NCBI RefSeq assembly: GCF_964355755.1
Contig: NC_092675.1
Location: forward strand, 5,637,812 to 5,701,811
Reading direction: 5' to 3'
Length of the DNA: 64,000 nucleotides
From: Antedon mediterranea
Lineage: Eukaryota; Animalia; Echinodermata
A program made the translations under genes and the position numbers. Of the stretch, positions 52,997 to 64,000 are shown one piece after another; position 1 is the first letter of the stretch; each line of letters starts with the position of its first letter. The notes under the pieces were generated by a model. The model did not search any database. It worked only from the letters and a program-made list of their open reading frames with translations, and was not told where the DNA came from.

Positions 52997-53156
52997 TTAT
53001 AAAACCAAATTTCACAAAGTTGGTAAGAGACAGATATGTTAGTGAAGGTGAAAAGGTGACGATAACATGTGATGTCATTGGAAATCCTGTACCAAAACTA
53101 TACTGGATAAAAGATGGAGAAATCATAGATAAAATAAAAGGAATCAAAATATCAAA
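52997..53156 (+). CDS. Exon encoding the N-terminal half of an I-set Ig domain (neuregulin-like protein)
   Basis: Polypyrimidine tract plus TTGTAG acceptor and AA|GTGAGT donor. Translates IKPNFTKLVRDRYVSEGEKVTITCDVIGNPVPKLYWIKDGEIIDKIKGIKISK. Phase 1 in, phase 2 out. Confidence 0.92.
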
Positions 53157-54187
53157 GTGAGTTTTTAAAAACTGCATGTACAATGATCTTGTTCTTCTTG
53201 AAATTTAATAGAACAAATTAATATTAATAATGGGGTAAAAACAACAGAGCAACTACAGTTTCTGTGATTTTATTTATTTATTTATTTTCAAAATGGCTTG
53301 TTAGTAACATCCTGCAAATTTAATTTTTAAAATAAATTATCATCTTATGTATAATTTTGTATTCATTTGATTACATAATTTTAAAGTTTGTGGAAAATTT
53401 ATTATCTGTTTATTATTTTATATCACTATTTATCATCTGGTATTTCCAAAAATTATTAGATTTTTTATGCCACATATTTTCTAGCTATATTTTCCATATT
53501 CAAAAACACATTTTTTACAATGTGTAGTAATAAATAAATAATTTGATAAATTAGTATTTCACACATGTACCAGACTTGTACACATGTTAGCATGATTATA
53601 ATGCGACGTGTGTAACATTTTTCGAATGCTGCTTGTACACATTTTTAATAGTAATTTATCTCAAGAGAGTCTTGGCTATTTTTGTTTTTTTCTGCATTTA
53701 TATTGATAAAAAGATGTGCTGTGAATATTTAGGGACAAATATTTAAAATTTGACAAGAATAATATAGGATTAATAAATTGTCTGTGTCATCAAGAAATGT
53801 TTTCTTTGGAGAACATTTATTCAGACAGAATTGTCAGGCGTACTGATATGCTCAGCATGTTCATGACATAAAGACGTAAAAATTAAGTTTTTCCTCTTTT
53901 TCTGATCATTTACTATGCTAAGGTAAACCCCTTGATAGCATTCTTGTCACAGAGGCACATTTTTATAGAAATTGCACAAAAATTCTTGAAATTGTGTGTA
54001 CATTTAAGGCAATAATTAAATTAAAATGAAAGCACATGTACTGGTGTGATAAATAAAAAATGAAATTGTAGCAAGAGACAGAAAAGTATTTAAAGATTTA
54101 AAAAAAAAACATTAGCAATCTGTAAAAGAAGCACAGAATTAACATAAAATGTTGTGAAGTTCCATTGCACTGCAGTGGCCAGTCTAA

Positions 54188-54312
54188 AGCTCTGTCTATA
54201 CTATCCAACTAGTTTGACCAAAAAGGTGTAATGTGCCTAAATTTTGTAGTGATATGATGTCATCACTACCATATTTGGGCAAATCACTTTTTTTTATAGT
54301 GTAGACAGAGCT
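54188..54312. mobile_element. Harbinger/Tourist-like MITE, 125 bp
   Basis: TAA|AGCTCTGTCTATACTAT ... ATAGTGTAGACAGAGCT|TAA. Confidence 0.8.
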
Positions 54313-54686
54313 TAACATAGTAATATTCTTACAATACAGTTAAAGGCTCTACATGCCAGAATAGGTTTATCAACATTAATAAAGTTAAATTAAAAACCTG
54401 TTTATTATATGATTTTCTGATTTTAAAATTATAAACTTGTTTATTACATGATTTTAATTGCAATGTGTCAGCAGTTTGTCAGTATTGCCCGATTTATTAA
54501 ATTTATATTTTATTTAATCAGACAATTTTTATGCGACCTAGTTTTAACAGTTTATTAGTAGACGGCCAATTTACTGTCACTCAAATAGGGAATTTGCAAT
54601 TTTAAATATAACAGTAAGAACAATTTTTGTTGATATAGTAAATCATTAAAAAAATATTAAACATGACATATTACAATTTGGCATTA

Positions 54687-54944
54687 TTCAGTCTATTTCA
54701 TGCCTAGCTTACTTGGATAAACCGACAATAGCCATTTCTCCTCAAAGAGCGAGGTCTACCTCAAAAAGTAGAAATTGCCATTGAATATTGTGGGAAGTCT
54801 AACACCTGAGGGCAGAGTTTATACCACTATTTTGTGGAAATGAAAATGTCCACTTTTTTTTAATACTCTTCAAAGAGAAAGGGCTATTGGTTTATCCAGG
54901 TAAGCTATACTCATAGATTACCAATACCACTATTGGTTTGTGTA
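54687..54944 (+). mobile_element. Miniature DIRS-related element (both termini, no ORFs, no ICR)
   Basis: 54690-54733 matches the DIRS left end (40/45 aligned columns by hand). 54878-54944 matches the right end, including the extension ..TGGTTTGTGTA. Confidence 0.85.
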
Positions 54945-55142
54945 ATATTGTTCAGCAATAAGTATGTATTTTATTTAACTTCATTTGGCTATAGTATATA
55001 AATCAAATTAATAAAATTACAGGCACAATAAATGTCACATATAATAAAATATTGATTGAACAATTTAAAAACATTTACCATGATGATGATACAAAATAAG
55101 TAAACCCTCATTTTTATTAAATTATAAATATCCTATTTGAAA

Positions 55143-55390
55143 TTTAAATTATTGAAATCAATAAGTTGAGAAATATATATTTTTTTAAATTATCAAAATA
55201 AAGAAAACCTAGCATTTATTATATTATAAATGTCTTGAAAGATGAAATTTAACCTTTTAATGTTTTTAATTTAAATTATTGGAATTAATGTTGAGAAAAT
55301 TTTTGTTTTAATTATCAAACTGATTTTTAAATAACGAAAACCTAATTTATAATGTCTTAAAAGTTGAAATTTAAATCCTTTCAATGTTTC
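55143..55390. repeat. Diverged AT-rich tandem duplication (~127 bp x2)
   Basis: TTTAAATTATTG..GTTGAGAAA..AATTATCAAA..GAAAACCTA..AATGTCTT..TGAAATTTAA recurs in the same order. Confidence 0.65.
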
Positions 55391-56192
55391 AAACTTACAT
55401 TGTAAAAATTATTTGAATCTACTGGATTATTGATTATAGATAAATGTATTATAAAGAAATATGCAGTTTTGATTCATTTAAATGATTTTCTTTTATTATA
55501 AAAAGTGTTTTTTGACATTAATTAAAAGCATTAACATCTCGTATTAAGGGAAGTTGAGGGCAGCATATTGATAACAGACTATCTATACATTGCAAATTTA
55601 AATTTATTATCTGTATAAAAAATTCATGTCATTTTGGCTTGTCTGCATATCGGAAGACTTGGAAGTAATACATAAAATTAATGATATCCTAAATGTTAAG
55701 GTTAAATTATCTGATTTGAATTTGAAGAACCTTGGGACTAGGTGGTTTTTTTTTGGTGGGAAGTGGGAGGTGGGTGTTGGCGGCTACTGTGGAGAAGATA
55801 TGGAGATATTAGATTTATGTCAAAATATTTGCAGACAGATTGTTGTATTGTGTCATTTATTATTACCGGTATTTATTTATTATTTCTTGATATTATTATT
55901 TATAACGCCATTAAACAACAAATTAAGTACTCTTAAAAAGAGCAATTTGATTTGTTGCGGACATTCATTCACCCACGAGCCTAAAATTGTTTCATCATTA
56001 AATATTATATCCAAAACATTACATAAAATTTGAAAATTGTGTTTTTGTGTACACCCAAGGGAAGAACATAGTGACTTGATCTGTGCCTCCGTGTTTAAAT
56101 AAAGTTGAATTGAATTTAATATTATAACATGTGATTTAGTACGTTTATGTATTGTTGATCAATTGGTTATTAAGTGTTTTTTACATTTTCAG

Positions 56193-56305
56193 AGGAAAAA
56201 ATAAACTTCGTTTCAAGGCCATATCTAAGGAAAAGCATGAAGGTGCTTATGAGTGTGTTGCTGATAATGGGGTTGATCCGCCAATTTCAAACAAACTTTT
56301 TGTCA
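56193..56305 (+). CDS. Exon encoding the C-terminal half of the same Ig domain
   Basis: TTTTCAG acceptor and A|GTAAGT donor. Phase 2 entry joins the previous exon in frame: (K)GKNKLRFKAISKEKHEGAYECVADNGVDPPISNKLFV, with the F-strand GxYxC motif. Phase 1 out. Confidence 0.92.
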
Positions 56306-59300
56306 GTAAGTAGCCAGTAATCGTATCTAAATAGGGACTTTACGATTCATGACTTTAACCTGATTTACAAATGCGTGATGTCTAAGCTCTGTCTCTAATG
56401 TAATGTTGTTGGCATACATTGAGAATCTTAAATCTTAATTTGGTGAATTAAACAATTTTCAAATTCTTTCAAACTTATAATATGCAAGTCAATAAGATTA
56501 AATCAAAGGTTCAAGTTGTTGATCAAAAAGTTTCTATTAATTTCAAATTGTCCTTTAAGCACGGTTTTACTTTCAGAAGATGGAACGCAAGAAGTAAGTC
56601 GCTTAATGGGTTGTATCTCTAGTTTTAGTAGATGCACAGAGGCATAGTATCAATGTATGTCTGCCAGGTTGAAACGACATTCAAATATCATACAATTTGT
56701 TACTCAGCTTAATTTAATATTACAGAAATAGCGTACATTTTCAAAATATGTAACAATTTATTTTAAATGAATAAATGGAATATATGAAATCATCAATTAA
56801 CTAACTATTTCAATCGCATGCTTTTGGTAAATAAATTCAACCTTAACTATTCCAATTTTAGAATCAAGATTCCATAAATTAGAATGATAATAAATAATGT
56901 TTAGGGTTCTTCTTAGTTTAGCTTACTTTAAAATTTACAGTGTTTCATTTATCATTTAATTAGGTTTCATAGTTTCATAAATGTATTCATAATTGAATAT
57001 CAACTATTAATGAAGCTATATTGTTCCATTGGATATCCTAACTTATTTCTCCATGGATATACATAAATTAGTTTCTTGAGATATAGATTAATGGAATCAA
57101 GTTTCATAAGATCAATTATCACTGTATCATCACGACCACTATTGCACTTGGTTCTTTAAAAGCACAATGGATTGAAATGATACTTGACTGTTATCCAGAT
57201 CCTTTCGAAGAGTAAATAAGTTTGTAAGTAAAGGTTGTTACAGTTTACGTAAACCTCTGTTGTCTGCCATACCTGCCACCCATGACCAATCATGTATTAG
57301 TTATTTACATCAACCTTTCCAACAACATATTGCATGGATATACTGTAGTGTAGTGAGCAGTGTATTCCCAACAAACAATGAATATTAAACATCAAGGATG
57401 CCTCATTCCAACATAGTCTTTTCCGGTTGCATTAGGTACTCTGCATCACAGAATTAAGTCTTCGAGCAATACATAATTACTAAATTACTAGTTTAAGCAT
57501 TAGACTAGATACTTTGGCTCCAAGAGAAAATTTTGTAGTCTGCGTAAAATATATATACACATTTGCTACTTAATTATCCCACGTACCCACTACACTGACT
57601 TCCTGAGAAGAATTCGGTTATATATCTGATTTATCAGAAATTGACACACCTGGTCTCCAGAGGGGCAAGCATTTGGTAATTTATGTATATAGACTTGTCG
57701 TTGGATAGTTAGATTCCTTCAACCAATATCTACAGTATGTATGATTCATAATAACGAACATCATACATAGATGTATTAATATCGCTTAGTCGATAGATAC
57801 TGATTACCATCTGAATTAGAAATGACAATTTACAGATCCGCTCATGATTACATCTGTTTTTCATCTTGATCACATGACACCAACGAAAACTGACGCGTAT
57901 GACACATTTGAAACGTCTCTTCACATTTGAAATGTCTATTTGGGTTTGAAATAGAAAGAGATTTTTCAAATACTTTTCGTTTCTGTTATCTTGGATGCTG
58001 TTGCTTTATGATTATGATGGGATAGATGAGGTTTAGTTTGAAAATAAATGTTTTTTGGTTGTCAGTACGAATGTCTGGTTTATGTGTGTGAGTGTTAGAT
58101 TAATTTGATTGTATGAAAACGTTTTTTAATGGAGGCATGACAGTCTCGTATACTTCAGAAATTTCATCCACTTCGGTTTGAATTTATCATGTATTCATTA
58201 ATTGAATTGGTTTCAATTGTGGATTAGAAATGTCAAAGCCTTATTATAATACTATTTGAACCATTTGCAAAGTGTATTAATGTTTAAGTATTAAGAACAG
58301 GTATTAATGATTTGCTTATACTATTTTTGTATACATTTTGAAATACATTATGTAAATTAAATTTTTAGTAATTTTAACTTTTAACAATATTGAGAAATGT
58401 GAATAAAAACAGTAACAAATCGTAACATTTTACAACTGTATTTAATAAATTTTAATTTAATAAATCTTAATTGTTACATATTGCAATAAAGTTTTCTAAT
58501 CTTTAATTAAATCTATATTACATTGAAATACCAGTACATTCTTTTACCAGTACATTTTTCTGCAAACACATATTAAAATCTATCAGCTCTCATCAATTAA
58601 AATGCATTGTCTAGTGTCTGTTTAAGGGTCAATCAAAATTGATCAACCAATTGTGACAATGTGTCATCTGATATTATATAACCAAAAATAATAAATACTT
58701 ATCAATCATTTCAATTTTTTTGTTTTCCAAAAAAATAATAAGCTAATATCAATCATGTTACTTGTTATTGAAAACCTGTCTGAAAGTCCATTAGTGAAGT
58801 TTTACAGTATTTGTACATTAATGTGTTATGAATGTTTAATAATGTGAACAATTGATTTGTTAGTCCAGTTCATGTCTGTAAATGCCAATGCTTTTAGACG
58901 TCTTGAGATGTTTTAGAAGAGAATGGTATTAATGAGATCATACTAGTTAGCTTTATATTAGGTTATAATAGGTTAGTATCTTTCGTTCTATTATAATTTA
59001 CCACATTCTTCTTCATTCTTCTTCATTCTTCTACTCACTTATTTTAGATATTCACACAAGCAAATTAACTCTCAAATTGGTTAATCATGATTTTAAAAGT
59101 CCGCGGCCTCATGAATTGAGCATTCAAAGATTTTGATTTGTTTCGTCTACCTTATTTTGATCGATTCTTTGAATTACTGTAGATAAAGGACTGATTGAGT
59201 GACGTTTTTGATTGAAACAGCTTCCACATATTCATTAACGTAATGATTGATTAGTAGAATAGAATTCATGTGCTTGATTTTAAGATAGATTTTAAATAGA

Positions 59301-60609
59301 CAATATTAGAATCAACATTCAATAACAGGTGAAAATACAAAGTGTATACATTTTTAGGAAAATGTCTATCGTTTCCCTTTCACAATTCCACTAATGTGAT
59401 TGTCCTTTAATCACAGTTATGTTAATGAACTCTGTTAATTGCACTACAGTACAAGATATTAATCTCGTTTACAAGTAGTGTTCCATAGCCCTGATGTAAT
59501 TATATGTAGGCCTACTATAGATTAAGTCATTTGTATATTTACAGGTGGATAGATGATTATTTCTACAGAGAATCTTATAGCATTATTTACTTTATAATCA
59601 AGTCTTATAAATCTTTACGGTTAAATGATTCAGATTAGCGTTGCTTGACAGGAATGCAAAAAAGCAAATTAATTTGTGCTGTCTTTAGTAATTGCCCATA
59701 GCTTTGCATTCTAATGTTCAATAGTTGGTCCAAAATTATGTTGTATGAGTTTCACAGTTAAATGAAGACCGAAAGTCTTTATCACATTATTAACATCTTT
59801 TTCTATCATTTTTATCATCATTTTGTTATCAACAACATCTTGTGTGTTTGTCAATAACATTATTGATACCTTGTCTTGATAATCTTATCAACATCTTATG
59901 ATCTTATCAATATTTTTACATATTTATTAGTATTTTGATTCAAATTCAAATCTTAATTATCATGTTGCATCATTTTTATCAATATCTTTTCTTTCTGATG
60001 ATCTTAAATTTTTTTCTCTATAGTATCAGCTTATCAATGTCACTAATAATACAATTACAAACCCTTTTTTTAACAGCCCACAATATTTAATAGTTAAATC
60101 TTTTAACTAGATAATGTGAAGTAATAACTTAAATGTTGCATAATATATTAAAAGTCCCAAAAGGTTATTTGAATTCCTCTCTGTATTATGAATAGACTAG
60201 GCCATCTCTGTGCCCAACCATGTAGAACTGGGCCACACCATTCTCAATTAAGGTATGTTAGTTTGACAATTACTATTCAGCACACTGAGAAAATGTCAAT
60301 ATTAATGGTGCATGTTTGCTAAAGACTAAAGTCCAAATCCTACAGTGATACTACTTAAATTGCAGCACTATACTATACAGACTCTACGTATCACTTAATA
60401 TAAGTACTTAGTGGGATCTATTGGCCCACATAATCCAAACTACGATCACATGACAGTTTTAGAATAGCATGTTAATCATAGCACACTGCAGATCACATAA
60501 CACGTTGAGCAAGCTGAGCGGAACAGTTCACTACCAATTTTCTCTCTGCTCATATTGATTTTCCCATCGTCGGCTGGCTTGATTTCTGATTGAGTTTAAC
60601 AACACCGAT

Positions 60610-60790
60610 ATGGATTCTTCGGACGAATATGATGATCCAAAAGGACTTCTCCTGGTGGAGAAAACCAAGTCTCAGCTTCGAATGTCGCTGGCTTTGCGTC
60701 TTGCAATCTTAGGCACGATAGTGGTCGGATTGGTATTTATTGTATTGAATTTATCTGTGGGAGACTGGTGGAAACTTGAGTATTCAACCA
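60610..60790 (+). CDS. Candidate alternative first coding exon with a transmembrane/signal-anchor segment
   Basis: ATG in a locally CpG-richer segment. MDSSDEYDDPKGLLLVEKTKSQLRMSLALRLAILGTIVVGLVFIVLNLSVGDWWKLEYST ends at an A|GTGAGT donor in phase 1, the same phase as the Ig exon donor. Confidence 0.65.
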
Positions 60791-63614
60791 GTGAGTAACG
60801 TACCTGCTGTTTTATTGATTATTGTTTGGTGTTTAATTAACCATTGTATAACCGCATTCAAAACAAAACGTGTTTTAGCTCATAGACCAATTATCAATAC
60901 ATCATACATCACCAAAGAAGTAATTATTTGTAACTTCCATTTAATAGATATTATAGAATTGAAAATAATTACTTTCTAATATGTATATAAAAAAATTGTC
61001 AAAACATTGCTGATTAAATATTACACACATTTATAGACTGCTTAATTGTGCATGCATGCTTGGTAAAATACTATAACATTTAAACAATTCATAACCGTAA
61101 CTAAATCCTATTGTTAATATTGTACATATTTTTTAAAGATGAACACAGCATTTTTCTTACAAATTTCAGTCCTGAGTGTTCTGATTATTATGGAAATAAA
61201 AAATGAAGTGTCTCTAGAGTGTAAAAAACTATTAGACATGCTAACAATGCCTCTGTATAACATAGATATCAGGTGTAATATAAATATTTACTTATTCATT
61301 TTTTACATAATAGCCTTGAGTATGACAAATGAAACAAATTCCAAAATACCTCCTTCAAATTTAGAATATTGACATATCAAATTAAGCATACATGATTTTT
61401 GTATGGTTTGGATTTTTCTAAAATTATTAATAAGGTACACTACTAGTTTTAAAATGTCTCGCCTACTTAGTTATTATACTTTATTAGTACACATATTACT
61501 GTATAAATAATTATGTTTATTGATCATCTTTTTTGTTTTGTACTATAACATGTATACAGTAGATTTATTACTGTAAATGTATTTGATGTGTTTATTAAAT
61601 GACCATTACTTTACCACAAAATACTGTACAATTTCTCATTCTTCACTTTATGAATGTTTTTCCTTTACTACAGATGTATTACCATTACAAAGTGAGTCAT
61701 GTTCATTTTATGAAATGTTTTATTCAATCTTAATGCTTTCACAGGAGCTATTAAACATTTATTTCTTTTATAGTTTTATACTGCTTTTTTTTTTGCCATT
61801 TTAGTGTAGTTATAAAAAGGCAAATATTTCAGTTGCTCCATTTTGGGGATTCTTCTCCATCGACTTGTTTCCCCATCTCAGCAATTTCCTTAAAATCCTT
61901 CATCTCTGGAATCTTTCTACTTTCCCTTTTTTCCAAATCCCCACCTTTTTAAACCAGGAAAATACTTTTTTTTGCATGTTTAAAAGCAAAAATATCTTTT
62001 ATCTTTAATTTATAATTATCTTTAATTTATAATTGCCAAGTTTATAAGCAATGTTCCTTGAGTAATATAGTTGTCCTACTGTTTGTGTGTTCCTGTATGT
62101 TGCTAAGTGCAGACGTGTACTCTAAAAGTGCTTTAATGTATTTTAATTTTGTGATAATAATTCATGAAAATATTAATTTAAAAAATCATAATTGATGATG
62201 CTAATAATAATAATTTTATTAATTAAATGAAACATAGGGTTACATAAGCCTCAAGTAATTAATAGATATTAAAATCCAAAATTTTAAAAGCTTTTTGTGA
62301 AATTGAGTTGTAATTATAATTATATACTGTATGTATATAATAATTACTGCTATACTACCATTTCATCTCTACAGAGTTTTATGTCTTTTAAACGTGACTT
62401 TAAAAGACTATAACATAATTGATCAGTCATAATTCAAAACATGTTTCTAATTTATTTTATCAATAACTAATGTAAGAGTGATGAAATCATGGTAGATTTA
62501 CTTTTTCTGTACATGATAATTTGTAGTTTTTTTTAAGCCCATACATTCCATACTAGCTAGATCTAAATCAAAGTTAGACAGAAGAATACTATATATTTTA
62601 CAAATATAGGATAGTGAATCAAATCCTTATTAGTGCTTGACACAAAGCTAGATTTATTGTAATAGCTAAAATTAAATTACTAGCCTAGGTTTTTACTAGA
62701 CAATGTACTCTGTGCTAGTAGTAAGTTAAAAAAAAATATACTAATACAGTGAATAGTGATAGATGATTGAAACATCACAAGTTAGTAAAAATAAGTTGGA
62801 AAGCAGAGTTAATTGCAATCAAGTTGAATCAATATCAATTCTGCAGGGTCTCCTCCTTAAAGTACAGTAGACATATTTACACTTGTAATCGTTGTATATA
62901 CGTAAAACCACGGATTCATATATCATCTGCGTGCCAAATTCTAATTCTGTGACGCATCTTAAGATATGATAATTACCATCGTTGAATGTGTTGTTGATTT
63001 TTTTTCTTAACCGCCAGAGAATGTTTGTCCATAAGTGTTTTAACAATTCAATTTCAAAATGTTATAATGCGGTGGAGTCGTGCAGAGCTATATTGGATTA
63101 TCTCGACTGCTTTTATGTATTTCAGCCATCACTGTGAAGATTTAGAACATGCTTTCTGAATGTTGTTAGTGCTGCTAGATGACTAATATGGATTGTCGAA
63201 ATGTAAATACAGTATATGCAAATTAATGTTAGAATTTTTACCTAAAAACCTACATATTTAATTTTCTTTTTTTTTGTAATGAATATTCATTAGCTGAAGT
63301 TACTGTATCTTCATGTCTCTTCCTTTTCAGTAGCTATACTAACCTATATTGAGTATATTGCAACCAATGCCGTGAGCTTCATTCTTATTCAGGATAATTT
63401 AGCAGATAACATCGATTCATAGCTGAACTCGCACTCATTATGACGTGGGATAACTCATCAGACTTTATTGAAAACCATAAAGTACAATTAGTTTTCTATA
63501 AGTGGCCATTCACTGTCAGGCTGGTAGCATTTACAATCATTATAATTTGTACCAGGTTTTTCTTATTTTTTTTGTAGAATAACATAAATTGATGCAGTAT
63601 CATATTGATTCAGA

Positions 63615-63820
63615 TAAGCCCATCCTTGGATACAAGCCCATCCTTATTAGGACATAAGTAGCTCATCCTTGGGTTTAAGCCCATCCTTCTACCATATATT
63701 TCCACCTTCCGTTGCTAAGCTCATATTTGTCATATGTTGCTCCTCGAGACTAAGGATGTGCCTTGTGAGGAGCCTCTGGGTGAAATATTGAATTTAAAAA
63801 AGAAAAAGCCCATCCTTGTG
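63615..63820. repeat. Dispersed AAGCCCATCCTT motif cluster, probably a MITE relic
   Basis: Five copies or variants at about 63616, 63634, 63660, 63677 and 63806. Confidence 0.55.
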
Positions 63821-64000
63821 TATGTCCCCACCATAGGAATTGTAGTAGTCACACATATGTCATTAGTTCACAATTGTTTTTAAATTTCTTTGCTTCACTC
63901 CACCATCAGGTCTATAAAAAGATAGGTTCCTTTTAAGCATTAAGCATTTTATTATCTAATATAAGCATAATTAATTGTTTATTTACAGAAAGTATGCAAA

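Noticed and set aside
60201-60252. Small internal exon ending AG|GTATGT
   Set aside because: The acceptor is weak, one candidate start gives an in-frame stop, the other changes phase, and there is no protein motif.
242-63046. Remaining 60-135 aa ORFs in the track
   Set aside because: AT-biased composition (F/I/L/K/N/Y rich), many non-ATG starts, and no domains or splice support.
63331-63422. Next exon after a good TCCTTTTCAG acceptor
   Set aside because: The phase-1 reading (IAILTYIEYIATNAVSF..) has no recognisable motif and only a weak donor; it cannot be supported without RNA data.

Overview
AT-rich metazoan genomic DNA. A Deu-domain tRNA-SINE suggests an invertebrate deuterostome such as an echinoderm (inference). 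Most of the window looks like one very long intron or upstream region of a + strand gene. Its two Ig-domain exons (52997-53156, 56193-56305) and a candidate alternative hydrophobic first exon (60610-60790) resemble neuregulin architecture. The main object is a GC/CpG-rich 4.0 kb DIRS-type tyrosine-recombinase retroelement (26158-30165) with identical 158-bp ITRs and a perfect ICR. It has no reverse transcriptase: Gag runs in frame into RNase H and the methyltransferase-like domain, and the YR ORF is frameshifted. A roughly 255-bp miniature element with both DIRS termini and nothing else lies at 54687-54944. The rest holds Kolobok-like (TTAA) and Harbinger-like (3-bp TSD) MITEs, HINE-like elements, SINE/LINE relics, several long perfect hairpins and small tandem repeats. 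All calls come from reading by eye; no searches were run.
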